Positions 1-10,337 are shown, counted from the stretch's first letter. The stretch is 64,000 nt of DNA from an uncultured Candidatus Actinomarina sp. (GCA_902580215.1 CACHJT010000006.1:1223-65222); one strand, 5' to 3'. Numbers and translations: made by a program. The notes: a model not told the origin generated them from the letters alone.

Positions 1-2
1 GA

Positions 3-2453
3 TATAAAATTACTCCGAACTTTGATACCTTATCAAAAACTATAAACATACTTGGTAGTGAACTTGGTAATGTAATAAAAGACCAAGCTGGAGCAAAATA
101 CTTTAAAATTGTTGAAGATATACGATTAAATTCTAAAAAATATCGACAAACAAACAACAATAAATACTTAGATTCTATTTTCAAAACTCTTCAATCTCTT
201 GAACCAAATGAGATATATATAATTACTAAAGCATTTACAATATTCTTTTATTTATCAAATATTGCTGAACAAGTATTTAGAGAGCATACTCTAAAAAATT
301 CAAATATTTCTATTAATAAAAAAACAAATAACGAACTTATTTTTATGCCTGTTTTTACTGCTCACCCCACGGAAAGTTCTAGACAGTCAACTCTAAAAAA
401 AATATATAAAATTGCAGAGATTATTGAAATCAATAATTCAAATAGTATGAGTGAAATAAATTCACTTATTACTCAACTTTGGTATACAAGAGAAGTACGA
501 TCCACAAAGCCAAATCCAATAGATGAAGTAAAATCATTAATTTATTATTTAGATATTTTATATAAAGATGTATATAAAAAAATAATTAAAGATGATGAAA
601 TAACTGAAAATGCAAAAAACTTCAAACTGAAATTTGGGTCATGGGTTGGCGCTGATAAAGATGGCAATCCATTTGTAACTACTAATATAACCAAAGAGGC
701 ATTGAAAATATATTCAAATCAAATATTGAATATTTATAAAGAACAAATTGTTCAGTTTTCAGAAGAGTTCAGTATTTCAACAGATTTTGTTAAAAGTCCA
801 AAAAAGTTAACAAAAAAAATTGAGGAATATAAAAAAATTCTTCCAAATGATTATAAACATTACAAACGTGTAAATTTTGATGAACCTTTCCGCATATTTC
901 TTTCACTAGTTTTTCATAGATTGGATAATTTTCAAAAAAACAAGAAAGGTTATAAATATTTTCATGAATTTCTTGATGATATTTTATTATTTCAAAATAG
1001 TGTTCTAAAAATATTTGGAACAAAAATCCAAAATACAAAATTAGATAATTTTATCGAAATGGTTTATCAATTTGAATTTCATGGTGTGTCTTTGGATATC
1101 AGGCAAAACTCCTCAGTAATTAATGCTCAGTCTGGCAGGGAGTACTTTGATTTTGAAGAATTGATAAAAGTAATACCTGAACTTCAAAAAATTTATGGTG
1201 ATAAAGTATTTAATTCAATAATTCTTTCAATGACGAGTTCAGAAAGTGATATCTTAAATCTTTTTAATGTATGTAAAAAGCATATGCCTAAAGAAAATAT
1301 TCCTTCAATAACGCCTTTAATTGAGGAAATTGAGGAATTGCAAAAATCTCATATAATTTTGGAAAAATTATTTTTAAATAGACAATATAAATCATTTATA
1401 GAAAAATTTAAAAATAACAATCAAGAAGTTATGCTTGGTTATTCCGATTCAAATAAAGATGGTGGAATAATATCTTCACAATGGAATGTTTACAAAGCAC
1501 AAATTAATTTATTTAAACAGGGCGTAGCAAATAATACAAATGTTACATTTTTCCATGGTAGAGGAGGAACTATTAGTAGAGGAGGGGGCCCTACATACAA
1601 TTCAATCTCTGCACAACCAAAGGGAACTGTATCATCTCAAATAAGATATACAGAACAAGGTGAAGTAGTCTCAGATAAGTACTCTACAGCATATCTAGGT
1701 TTTGAAAATATTAAACTTGGTTCGGTTGCTTTCATTAATGAATCTGGAAATAAATTAAAGGTAAAAATACCAAATCAGGAATTCCTACAGGAGCTTTCAG
1801 ATAAGTCATATGAAGAATATAGGTCTTTTTTTACTGATCCAAATCTTATAGATTATTTTGAAAATGGAACACCTGTAAATCTTCTTTCTACATTAAATAT
1901 TGGATCAAGGCCCACAAAGCGAACCAAAAATGTAAAGACTTTACAAAATTACAGAGCAATTCCTTGGGTATTTGGATGGGCTCAAACTAGAAATACTTTA
2001 ACAGGTTGGTATGGTTCAGGAACAGCATTGAATTACATGATTGAAAAATATGGAATTAATTATGTAAGAAAAATATATAAAAATTCAGACTTTATGCAGA
2101 ACTTAATAAGCAACATAGAGATGACACTCTCCAAATCTGATCTAAAAATAGCTAAACGATATGTTGATGAACTTCTTGATGAGGATGCACTAAAGATTTA
2201 TAAAAAAATTCTTAAAGAGTCACAATTAGCAAATATTTCTATTAAGAAAATAAAAAAGACAGACGAACTGTTAGAAGATAACAAAATTTTAAAAAATACT
2301 TTAAATATAAGAAATGCATATTTGGATCCGCTGTCTTTAATTCAGATAACTCTTATGAAAAAATTAAAAATGCGTAAACTTAATTCAGTAGAAAATAATT
2401 CTTTATTACTATCTGTAAATGGATTAGCTGCTGGTCTTAGAAATACTGGCTGA
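3..2453 (+). CDS. ppc: Phosphoenolpyruvate carboxylase (5'-partial; frame is open from the window edge)
   Basis: Motifs FTAHPTE, GYSDSNKDGG, FHGRGGTISRGGGP, RAIPWVFGW and C-terminal AAGLRNTG. The frame is stop-free from base 3 (YKITPNFDTLSKTINILGSELG...), so the track start at 345 is internal. Confidence 0.95.
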   Translation, partial: YKITPNFDTLSKTINILGSELGNVIKDQAGAKYFKIVEDIRLNSKKYRQTNNNKYLDSIFKTLQSLEPNEIYIITKAFTIFFYLSNIAEQVFREHTLKNSNISINKKTNNELIFMPVFTAHPTESSRQSTLKKIYKIAEIIEINNSNSMSEINSLITQLWYTREVRSTKPNPIDEVKSLIYYLDILYKDVYKKIIKDDEITENAKNFKLKFGSWVGADKDGNPFVTTNITKEALKIYSNQILNIYKEQIVQFSEEFSISTDFVKSPKKLTKKIEEYKKILPNDYKHYKRVNFDEPFRIFLSLVFHRLDNFQKNKKGYKYFHEFLDDILLFQNSVLKIFGTKIQNTKLDNFIEMVYQFEFHGVSLDIRQNSSVINAQSGREYFDFEELIKVIPELQKIYGDKVFNSIILSMTSSESDILNLFNVCKKHMPKENIPSITPLIEEIEELQKSHIILEKLFLNRQYKSFIEKFKNNNQEVMLGYSDSNKDGGIISSQWNVYKAQINLFKQGVANNTNVTFFHGRGGTISRGGGPTYNSISAQPKGTVSSQIRYTEQGEVVSDKYSTAYLGFENIKLGSVAFINESGNKLKVKIPNQEFLQELSDKSYEEYRSFFTDPNLIDYFENGTPVNLLSTLNIGSRPTKRTKNVKTLQNYRAIPWVFGWAQTRNTLTGWYGSGTALNYMIEKYGINYVRKIYKNSDFMQNLISNIEMTLSKSDLKIAKRYVDELLDEDALKIYKKILKESQLANISIKKIKKTDELLEDNKILKNTLNIRNAYLDPLSLIQITLMKKLKMRKLNSVENNSLLLSVNGLAAGLRNTG

Positions 2454-3569
2454 TAAATCTCTAAGCTCAAAATGCATTTCATCAGGAGATGTCCAAGTTC
2501 CCCCCCAAGCAAATCCCCAAGAGTTAAAAATTTCTACAACTCTAGGGTGATAACTAGATTTTGTGTTTATGTCAATAGCAATGCCCCAAGCATGTCGTGA
2601 AATGCTTCCCCCAGAATCGAAGCGGTTTATTCGCCTAGGAGCATAACATCCTCCTGATTTTTTAAAATCTTGCACAGAAAGCGTTTCAGCCAAACCCTCT
2701 TCTAAAACTTGATTTAATGCTCCTTCTAATGGTTCCCACATTAATCTATGACATCTTGTATTGCCAAGAATAGGCATTCTTTTTACTTGAATGTTCTCTT
2801 CTCGCCAAGAGGGCTCAGTAGTAATCCATGTACCATCTCTTTCTTTTATTTGAAAATCTCCAAACATTTCCTTTACTAATGCAGTTGGTAAGACCCAATT
2901 CTTGTTTGGAGTACTTTTTTTGTATGTAAATTTGACTCTTTTATATTTAATATTTTTATGAAGCTCAATAAAATGGTTTTCACTTATTTTTGAGTCCCAA
3001 ATAATAGCTTGAATGTTTCTAAAAATTCCTAATTTATAACCTACTTCTTTATTGACTACTCCTTCAAACCAACCTAACTCAGAATCTTTAATAATCATTC
3101 CCACTTCTAATTCAAGTGGAACTGAGTTCATGCCAATTAAATTTACTTTGTCATTGACTGTAAGACCGTATCTTTCTGCAGTTAAAGTTGAAACAACAAG
3201 TTTATTATTTTTAATTACCTGAGCTACTTCATCATCATAAAAGTAATTAACTGAAGATGACTCGATAGTTTTTAAAGAAATGTTGTATAGATAATTTTCT
3301 AATGATGATAGTTTGTTTACTCCATCTGTTGATTGAACTGATTCTAGGCCAACATTAGCTCTGCCAATGAATGTAAGATTGCTTTCTAGATTTTTTGCAC
3401 TTTCTATAATTTGATTAGTGACACTATAAAAAAGGCTTCCCGATTGAGATATTGTAATAACATCATAATTTTCAATTTTGTTTTTGGTGTACGCAGGTTC
3501 TGATTCATGATAAGTAACTGGTAATATCAAAAAATTGATTAAAGCTGCTGTAGCAATTGTTGAAAGCAT
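2424..3569 (-). CDS. Exported M15-family Zn peptidase (D,D-carboxypeptidase / L,D-endopeptidase type) with an N-terminal MacB/FtsX-like extracytoplasmic domain
   Basis: C-terminal SRHAWGIAIDIN and DEMHFE fit M15 Zn ligands; hydrophobic N-terminus; LVVSTLTAERYGLTVNDKVNL resembles the MacB periplasmic core motif. Confidence 0.75.
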   Translation of the reverse strand: MLSTIATAALINFLILPVTYHESEPAYTKNKIENYDVITISQSGSLFYSVTNQIIESAKNLESNLTFIGRANVGLESVQSTDGVNKLSSLENYLYNISLKTIESSSVNYFYDDEVAQVIKNNKLVVSTLTAERYGLTVNDKVNLIGMNSVPLELEVGMIIKDSELGWFEGVVNKEVGYKLGIFRNIQAIIWDSKISENHFIELHKNIKYKRVKFTYKKSTPNKNWVLPTALVKEMFGDFQIKERDGTWITTEPSWREENIQVKRMPILGNTRCHRLMWEPLEGALNQVLEEGLAETLSVQDFKKSGGCYAPRRINRFDSGGSISRHAWGIAIDINTKSSYHPRVVEIFNSWGFAWGGTWTSPDEMHFELRDLSASISKTSS

Positions 3570-3657
3570 ATTAATAATCTTAATTTTTTTTTAAATTTAC
3601 ATATATTTAACATTGATAAATACATTTATATATTTTTTTAGATTAACCTTAATCACT

Positions 3658-6246
3658 ATGAAACTTTTAACTAACTTTTTTTCGAGTGCGGCAACTAAAA
3701 GACCTGTAATCACAATTTTAGTGGTGCTTTTATTAACTGGTTTTTTTGGCTACATGGCTGGGCAGGCAGAAGAGCTTAGCACAAGCTTTGGAGGAGAGTT
3801 AGACACTCCTGAAATTCAAGCACAATCTAAATTAGGTGAATATTTTCAGACGTCAGGTTCTCAATCGGTTTTTCAAATTATTATGTCTGGAGAAGACGTA
3901 CTTACTGTAGATGGTTATTTAGCTTGGCAAGAAATTCAAAAGGCAGTATCTGAAAGTGAAATTTATCCATATTTGGTTAAAGATCAAGGTGGTGCTGTTC
4001 AGGGATTTTTTGCTCCTGTAGACTTTGCTAAAGCATTTAATCCAAGTTTAAATGTAAGTGCTATGTCTGACGATCAATTTAAACAATTGTATAATCAAGC
4101 AAATAGTCAAATGCCTGCAGAATTTAAGGCATTTGCTTCCGCACTGCTTTCATCTACTTATGATGAAGAGCTCACGACAGCAACAGCTGGGTTAGCGATT
4201 GTTACCATAGACAGTTCGATGATTGTGCAAGATTTTGGTGGATCAGACGGGGCATTCATTGAGCAACCCCGTATGGAAGTGGCACTTGCAGATGCATTAA
4301 ATAAAATTTCTGTTGGAAATATAAAAGTTTCAGGATTTTCATTCGGACTTTTACTTGGTAACGAGGGCGATGACTTTTTAGAGGAAATAGGTATTTTATT
4401 TGGACAAGCATTCTTAATTATTCTTGTAGTGTTGGCCTATATATTTTTCATTAGACCGAGAAAAGGTTTTAATATCCTCAAATCAGGAAGAAGAACATTT
4501 AGTGACTTACTTTTAAGCCTTGGAGCAATTTTGCTATCTATCGGCTGGATGCAAGGAGCAGGAACTATTTTAGGTCCTGGTTATTTAGATATAATTGGTG
4601 CACCAAATCAAGTTTCACAAATTGCTCCCATTATTTTAATTGGTCTTGGTGTTGACTATGCAATTCACTTTACTTCAAGATATAGAGAGGAAATTGGATC
4701 AGGAAATACTGTAAGTGGCTCTGCAACTTCTACACTAAAGTCTGTCGGAATTGCACTAACACTTGCAACTCTTGCAACAATTGTTGGATTTTTGACAAAT
4801 ATTGTTTCACCTCTTCCAGAATTAAAAGATTTTGGAATTCTTGTTTCAGCAGGTATATTCTTTGCTTTCTTTCTTGTGATGACATTTGTGCCAGCTATTA
4901 GAACTTTATTGGATAGAAGAGCAGAAAAAAAAGAAAACATTAATGTAGATGCATTTTCTTCATCAGGGGATAGTGTCTTAAATAAAATTGCTGCATCAAG
5001 CGGAATAATTCCAAAAAAATTAAAGATTTTTGCCCTTATATTACTTTTTGCAATCTCTGGATATGGATATTTTAGTTTTACCAATTTGGAAACTATATTT
5101 GAATTTACAGATTTCTTACCAGAAGATGATCCTGTTGTTCAAACACTAGGACTACTCACAGATGAATTTGGTGGTGGATTTGGTGAAACAACAAGCGTCC
5201 TAATCGAGGGGGATGATTTAGCGACACCTGAAGCTCATAATGCATTGATTGCATCAATAAACAATTTGAGTGAAAAAGAAAACATAGTAGTTTATGCTGG
5301 CAATGTTGCTGCGGAATCAGTTGTTGCAACACTTGGACAGCTGTTAGCTCCTCAGGGAGCTGCACCAGGCGCACCTCCGGCTATGCCAGATATGGCGTTA
5401 TTAGGAAGTTTAGGATCTTTTGGTGTAGATCTTATGTCTGGAGCACAGGGTATAGACGCATTAAAAGTTAAAGAAACTGGAAATGTGCAAGGACTTTATG
5501 AATATTTAGTTGATTTAGATTCAGAAGCTTTCTTAGCTACGTTGTATTTTAATGAAGACAACGTAGTTACTGCTCAGCAGGTAAGAATCACTACATCTGC
5601 TGGATCTCTTGGAGCTGCTCAACTCAGAGATGATATTTATGATGCATTTCAACCTATGTCGTCGCTCGGAATAACAATTGCAGCAACAAATGATGCAATT
5701 GTTACTCAAAGTGTAAGTGATCTAATTTCTGAATCACAGTTTCAGTCATTGATATTCGCAATACTTGCGTCAATGATATTTTTAATTCTTTATTACTTAA
5801 TTGATATAAGAAAACCTTTCTTAGGTGTGATTACAATATTGCCAGTTGTAGCAATAGTTATGGGTACATATCTTGGAATGTATTTCTTAGACATTCCTTT
5901 AAACCCTGTAACTTCCACACTATCTGGACTTGCGATAGGTATTGGTGTACCTTTTGTAATTCACGTTACAAATAGATTTAGAGAGACTTTATTAATTACA
6001 GACAGCCCTGTAGATGCTGTTAGAACGACTCTTAAAACAACTGGAGGCTCATTATTTGGTTCAGCATTTACAACTATGGCTGGTTTCGGTATATTAATGA
6101 CTTCTTCTTTAAAACCATTTCAACAAATGGGCCAGGTAGTTGTTGTCGCATTAGGGTTTGCTTTAGTTGCATCGATTTTAATTCTCCCAACCCTTTTGGT
6201 GTTTTGGGCAAATTATCATAATAAAAAAACAGCTAAATCTTTATAA
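3658..6246 (+). CDS. MmpL/RND-family transporter
   Basis: Two repeats of TM + large loop + 5 TM; IGLGVDYAIH motif in repeat 1. Start moved to ATG 3658 (MKLLTNFF). Confidence 0.85.
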   Translation: MKLLTNFFSSAATKRPVITILVVLLLTGFFGYMAGQAEELSTSFGGELDTPEIQAQSKLGEYFQTSGSQSVFQIIMSGEDVLTVDGYLAWQEIQKAVSESEIYPYLVKDQGGAVQGFFAPVDFAKAFNPSLNVSAMSDDQFKQLYNQANSQMPAEFKAFASALLSSTYDEELTTATAGLAIVTIDSSMIVQDFGGSDGAFIEQPRMEVALADALNKISVGNIKVSGFSFGLLLGNEGDDFLEEIGILFGQAFLIILVVLAYIFFIRPRKGFNILKSGRRTFSDLLLSLGAILLSIGWMQGAGTILGPGYLDIIGAPNQVSQIAPIILIGLGVDYAIHFTSRYREEIGSGNTVSGSATSTLKSVGIALTLATLATIVGFLTNIVSPLPELKDFGILVSAGIFFAFFLVMTFVPAIRTLLDRRAEKKENINVDAFSSSGDSVLNKIAASSGIIPKKLKIFALILLFAISGYGYFSFTNLETIFEFTDFLPEDDPVVQTLGLLTDEFGGGFGETTSVLIEGDDLATPEAHNALIASINNLSEKENIVVYAGNVAAESVVATLGQLLAPQGAAPGAPPAMPDMALLGSLGSFGVDLMSGAQGIDALKVKETGNVQGLYEYLVDLDSEAFLATLYFNEDNVVTAQQVRITTSAGSLGAAQLRDDIYDAFQPMSSLGITIAATNDAIVTQSVSDLISESQFQSLIFAILASMIFLILYYLIDIRKPFLGVITILPVVAIVMGTYLGMYFLDIPLNPVTSTLSGLAIGIGVPFVIHVTNRFRETLLITDSPVDAVRTTLKTTGGSLFGSAFTTMAGFGILMTSSLKPFQQMGQVVVVALGFALVASILILPTLLVFWANYHNKKTAKSL

Positions 6247-6269
6247 TTAACTTTATTAATATTATTTAG

Positions 6270-7040
6270 GTGAATGTTTCTGAACTCCTTGATATTGTCA
6301 ATGCTTTAGTTCCAATTGAGTATGCATTTGAAGATGATTATGTAGGTATAACAATAGGATCTGAACAAAGTGAAGTAAATGGTATTGTTGTTGGTCATGA
6401 ATTAGAAAAATCATTATTGAAATACTGTAATGATAAAAATATAAACACTGTTATTTCTTATCATCCACCTTCTTTCAAGAAAGTGCTCGAAGATGATGGC
6501 ACTGAAACTTTGATCCCAGAAATCATAACTAAAGAATTTATGGATAACCAAATAAATGTAATTACTTTACATACTGCCCAGGATGTTTGCGAAGGAGGAA
6601 ATGCTGATACTTTGGTTGAAATATTTAATTTGAAAAACACCAAGACCTTTGCTCACACTTTTGGTAATTTTGGTGCTGGACGCATTGGAGAAATTAAAGG
6701 TATGTCAAAAGATGAATTCAAGAAACTTGTTGAGTACAAATTAAATACAAACTCTATTAGGACAAATGAATATTTTGATAATCTCAAGGAAATAAATAAA
6801 ATAGCAATCCTCCCAGGATCAGGTACACAATTTATTGATGAGATTTTAGAAGAAGTAGAAGTGTTTGTTACTGGAGATATCTCACACAGATATCTGTTAA
6901 AAGCAGACGATGCAAACATTGGATTACTTCAAGTTGGGCATATAACAACTGAAATTCCAGGAATGAAAAAGTTTGTTGAAAACTTAAATAAAGCTTTAAA
7001 TCAAGAATTAGAGTATTTGTATAAAGATTTTTATGAATGA
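6270..7040 (+). CDS. Nif3-like dinuclear metal-centre protein (YbgI family)
   Basis: D..G..IG N-terminus, LHTAQD, PGSG, VTGD, GHITTE; first gene of the actinobacterial nif3-Zn ribbon-RNase H trio. Confidence 0.85.
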   Translation: MNVSELLDIVNALVPIEYAFEDDYVGITIGSEQSEVNGIVVGHELEKSLLKYCNDKNINTVISYHPPSFKKVLEDDGTETLIPEIITKEFMDNQINVITLHTAQDVCEGGNADTLVEIFNLKNTKTFAHTFGNFGAGRIGEIKGMSKDEFKKLVEYKLNTNSIRTNEYFDNLKEINKIAILPGSGTQFIDEILEEVEVFVTGDISHRYLLKADDANIGLLQVGHITTEIPGMKKFVENLNKALNQELEYLYKDFYE

Positions 7041-7737
7041 GCCATTTCTATTAAGTAACTTAATTGAATTACAAAAATTAGATAATGATATATTTAAGTT
7101 AATATCTGAAAAATCAGAAGGGACAACAGTAAAAGAGCTTAAAACTCATGAGACAGAATTCAAAAAGCTACAAAGCGATAAACAAAATATTGAAAATGAA
7201 TTGCAACTTTATTTTGACGCAAAGAATCATATAGAAAAAAGCATTTCAGAATCACAGTTAAAAATTGATACAATAAATGAAAAATTAAACACAAATTTAG
7301 ATGCATCTGAATTACAAAATTACAATTTACAAAAACAAAATTTTGAAAAAAATTTGTTAGATTATGAAAAATCTTTAAATGAACTAAACGAAGAAAATTC
7401 TGATGAGTTAGAGAGAATTAATAAAATAGATCAATCATTAGAGGGTTTAAAACCTACACTCTTAAGTTTATCTAAAACACTTCAAAACGAATGGAGAGAC
7501 ATTGATTTAAAAATTGGAAAATACGAAGAGGAAAAAAAATTATTATTAAGTAGCTTTCCTGAAGGAATAATCAACTTGTATGATGATTTAAAATCAAAAG
7601 GTGTTGAAGTTATAGCTGCTTACAAAAGGGAAAATCAATGTGGTTGCTGTGGTGTTGAGCTCACTTCAAATGAAATTTATGAAATTATGAACTCTAGTTT
7701 TCAACAATGTCCATATTGCATGGGAGTTGTAATTTAA
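7033..7737 (+). CDS. Coiled-coil protein with C-terminal C4 zinc ribbon (DUF164/CT398-like)
   Basis: Long heptad-rich helix followed by CGCC...CPYC; sits between nif3 and RNase H. Confidence 0.75.
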   Translation: MNEPFLLSNLIELQKLDNDIFKLISEKSEGTTVKELKTHETEFKKLQSDKQNIENELQLYFDAKNHIEKSISESQLKIDTINEKLNTNLDASELQNYNLQKQNFEKNLLDYEKSLNELNEENSDELERINKIDQSLEGLKPTLLSLSKTLQNEWRDIDLKIGKYEEEKKLLLSSFPEGIINLYDDLKSKGVEVIAAYKRENQCGCCGVELTSNEIYEIMNSSFQQCPYCMGVVI

Positions 7738-8126
7738 TGTACAAAATATATTGTGATGGTGCTTCGAGATCTAATCCGGGAGAAGCGTCTATAGGTGTTT
7801 CAATTCAAAATGATGAACAAGAAGTTGATACTATTGCAAAGAAGATTGGTGTAGCCACAAATAATGTTGCTGAGTATGAAGGTTTAAGAACTGCTTTAGA
7901 TTATTGTGACAAAAATAATTTAAAAAATGTAAAGATTTATTTAGATTCTTTACTTGTTGTACAGCAGGTAAATGGAAAGTATAAAGTTAAATCAAAAAAT
8001 TTAAAGGATTTATACAATCAATGTACTGATTTAATTGAAAAAATTGATAATCTAGAAATTCACCATGTACCTAGACAGCAAAATAAACGAGCAGATGAAC
8101 TTGCTAATATTGCTTTAGATTCATGA
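7737..8126 (+). CDS. rnhA: Ribonuclease HI
   Basis: YCDGASRSNPG, TNNVAEYEGL, DSLLVVQQ, HVPRQQNKRADELAN. ATG 7737 overlaps the upstream TAA. Confidence 0.9.
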   Translation: MYKIYCDGASRSNPGEASIGVSIQNDEQEVDTIAKKIGVATNNVAEYEGLRTALDYCDKNNLKNVKIYLDSLLVVQQVNGKYKVKSKNLKDLYNQCTDLIEKIDNLEIHHVPRQQNKRADELANIALDS

Positions 8127-8593
8127 TTTTATTTTGGACTAGCGGTCTATCAATATATCTTTTTCTTTATATATTTAAAGATAAAAATGCTGACTTAAGA
8201 TTTATTATCTTTGGTAGTTTATTCCCCGTTATATTTGACTCAATTTTATATTTTTTTGGACTTACAAATCAAAATGTATACATAGGGCACAGCATATTTT
8301 TCACGGTAAGTTTATTTTTTATTTTTATGATTGCCACAAAGAGGGGAAGTTTATTTAGAGCAAATTCTCTATTATTCTCAATAGGTTCCTTTTTTTATTT
8401 AGTACTTAGCTTTACATGGTTAAACCAAAGCATAATTCTTTATCCAATATTTCAAAATTCAGAAGATATATTTTCATTAGCTGAAAATTACAAAACAGCA
8501 CTTGGTGGAATAGGGATTTTGTATTTATTATTTAAATTTAGAAATATTCAAATATTAAAAGAATTTATAAATACCGGTAAGTTTACTTATTAG
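8123..8593 (+). CDS. Membrane protein, possibly a membrane-bound metal-dependent hydrolase (YdjM/DUF457-like)
   Basis: Several TM segments; GSLFP...D and GHSIFF resemble that family; weak evidence. Confidence 0.45.
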   Translation: MILFWTSGLSIYLFLYIFKDKNADLRFIIFGSLFPVIFDSILYFFGLTNQNVYIGHSIFFTVSLFFIFMIATKRGSLFRANSLLFSIGSFFYLVLSFTWLNQSIILYPIFQNSEDIFSLAENYKTALGGIGILYLLFKFRNIQILKEFINTGKFTY

Positions 8594-9326
8594 AAATAAA
8601 CATATTTACAGAAACTAAAGTTAGGAATATTCCAAAACTTATACTCAATGTATCACGAGGAATAATACTAAAAGCTAAACTACCTCCAATTACTGAACCT
8701 AATACACCAAATATTCCAACTATTAAACCAATTTTAAGTAAATTATTTTCTTTACGAATCTTAGTTGCAGCAGCAGTAAGGGCAGTAGGAATTGTTGTCA
8801 ACAATGAAATTCCTTGTGCAATAATTTGTTCAAACCCACCGAAAAAAATTAACATTGGTATTCTAATTATTCCTCCACCAATACCTAAAAGACCAGATCC
8901 GACCCCAGAAACAAAACCAATACAAAAATATAAGATTATGTTGTCCTCATAAGTTGCGGTGACAGTTGTTGAAAAGATTATTCTGTATGCAGATGCTATC
9001 AGTAAAATAGAAAATAATTTTTTAAGTAATTGAGTGTTTATTTTTGCAGTTAGTTTACTGCCAAAATATCCTCCAATTATTCCACCAATAATTATTATTA
9101 AAATTTCAAATACTAAATTTGTTCCGCTTGAAAAATCATTAAAAATGTATGTAATGCTACTTCCTGTTGCAACAAAAACAACGGCTAAAGAGGAAACACC
9201 GGTATTGGTTTTAAAATCAGTTTTTGTTAGGTAGGTTAAAAGAGGTACGAAAACAACCCCTCCACCTATTCCTAATATTCCAGAAAGCAATCCTCCAATT
9301 GAACCAATCAGAAAATATTTAATCAC
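8583..9326 (-). CDS. Sulfite exporter TauE/SafE family protein
   Basis: Duplicated GGLLSGILGIGGG / SGLLGIGGG..P motifs; about 8 TM segments. Confidence 0.85.
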   Translation of the reverse strand: MIKYFLIGSIGGLLSGILGIGGGVVFVPLLTYLTKTDFKTNTGVSSLAVVFVATGSSITYIFNDFSSGTNLVFEILIIIIGGIIGGYFGSKLTAKINTQLLKKLFSILLIASAYRIIFSTTVTATYEDNIILYFCIGFVSGVGSGLLGIGGGIIRIPMLIFFGGFEQIIAQGISLLTTIPTALTAAATKIRKENNLLKIGLIVGIFGVLGSVIGGSLAFSIIPRDTLSISFGIFLTLVSVNMFISNK

Positions 9327-10307
9327 TTAATTTCGCAATTTAGGCAAAAGCTCTTTACCAAGTAATTTGATTGTTTCTTCCTGATTAATGGAAGAAATTT
9401 GAATTGTAACTATATCAGAATCAAATTCATTAACTAGTGGACTATAAATATCAACTAAATCATTAATAGTTGAAGCTTTTGAAAATTTACCCATAATTTC
9501 TTCTTTTGGAAAACTGTCTGCCTCAACTCTCAATGCCTCTGGATCAAGCTGCTGAAGCCTACTCGGTGCTCTTAAGCCCCTCCATGATCGAAGTGCTGTC
9601 CAAGCGTCATCATCATTATCAGCAAACATAGTCCACCTATAAGTATGAATTGATAAATTTTCTTTTTTTAATTCTTTGGATTTCTGCTTTGCAGGATCTA
9701 TTACTCTTTCATATGAGTCTTTAGGGTCTTTAACACTAATCATGAGTCCATCAGCATATTCAGCAGCTACTTGTGCAGATTTGGGACCACCAGCTGCTAA
9801 CCATATTGGGATATTTCCAGTTGGAGGTGAATATAATTTTGCCTTTTCTGTTGTGTAGTATTCTCCGTTAAAATCTAATTTTTCTCCATCAAGCAATCTT
9901 CTTATGATAGTTAATGCTTCTATGAGTCTATTTTTTCTTTCTTCGTACTTTGGAAAATCATAACCTAATGGTCCTTCATTAATATTCTCACCCGTACCTA
10001 CACCTAAATGAAATGTAGAGGGTGAAAGTCTGTCAACTGTTGCAGCAGCTTGAGCTATTACACCTGGATGAATTCTCCAAAGTGGGGTAGTGACTCCAGT
10101 GCCAAGATCTAATTCAGGAAGCTTGTTAGCAAGTGCACCTAGAGTTGTCCATGTAAAGTTAGAAGCTGAATAATCATCAACCCAGGGATGAAAGTGTTCC
10201 GAAATAGTCAACATATCGAAGCCTGATTCTCTTGCAATCTCAGCATGCTTTATTAAATCTTCAGGTTGCCATTGTTCAGATCCTAGAAAGTAAGAAAATT
10301 TTGTCAT
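9327..10307 (-). CDS. F420-dependent luciferase-like (LLM) oxidoreductase, G6PDH-like subfamily
   Basis: SEQW.P, SEHFHPW, GTGVTTP, LGVGTGENINE, AAGGPKSA. Confidence 0.85.
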   Translation of the reverse strand: MTKFSYFLGSEQWQPEDLIKHAEIARESGFDMLTISEHFHPWVDDYSASNFTWTTLGALANKLPELDLGTGVTTPLWRIHPGVIAQAAATVDRLSPSTFHLGVGTGENINEGPLGYDFPKYEERKNRLIEALTIIRRLLDGEKLDFNGEYYTTEKAKLYSPPTGNIPIWLAAGGPKSAQVAAEYADGLMISVKDPKDSYERVIDPAKQKSKELKKENLSIHTYRWTMFADNDDDAWTALRSWRGLRAPSRLQQLDPEALRVEADSFPKEEIMGKFSKASTINDLVDIYSPLVNEFDSDIVTIQISSINQEETIKLLGKELLPKLRN

Positions 10308-10337
10308 TTACATATATTAGCTAAAGACTATTTTTAG

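Noticed and set aside
5350-5390. GC-rich Pro/Ala stretch in mmpL as a possible repeat or insertion element
   Set aside because: In-frame low-complexity linker with no terminal repeats or target duplication.
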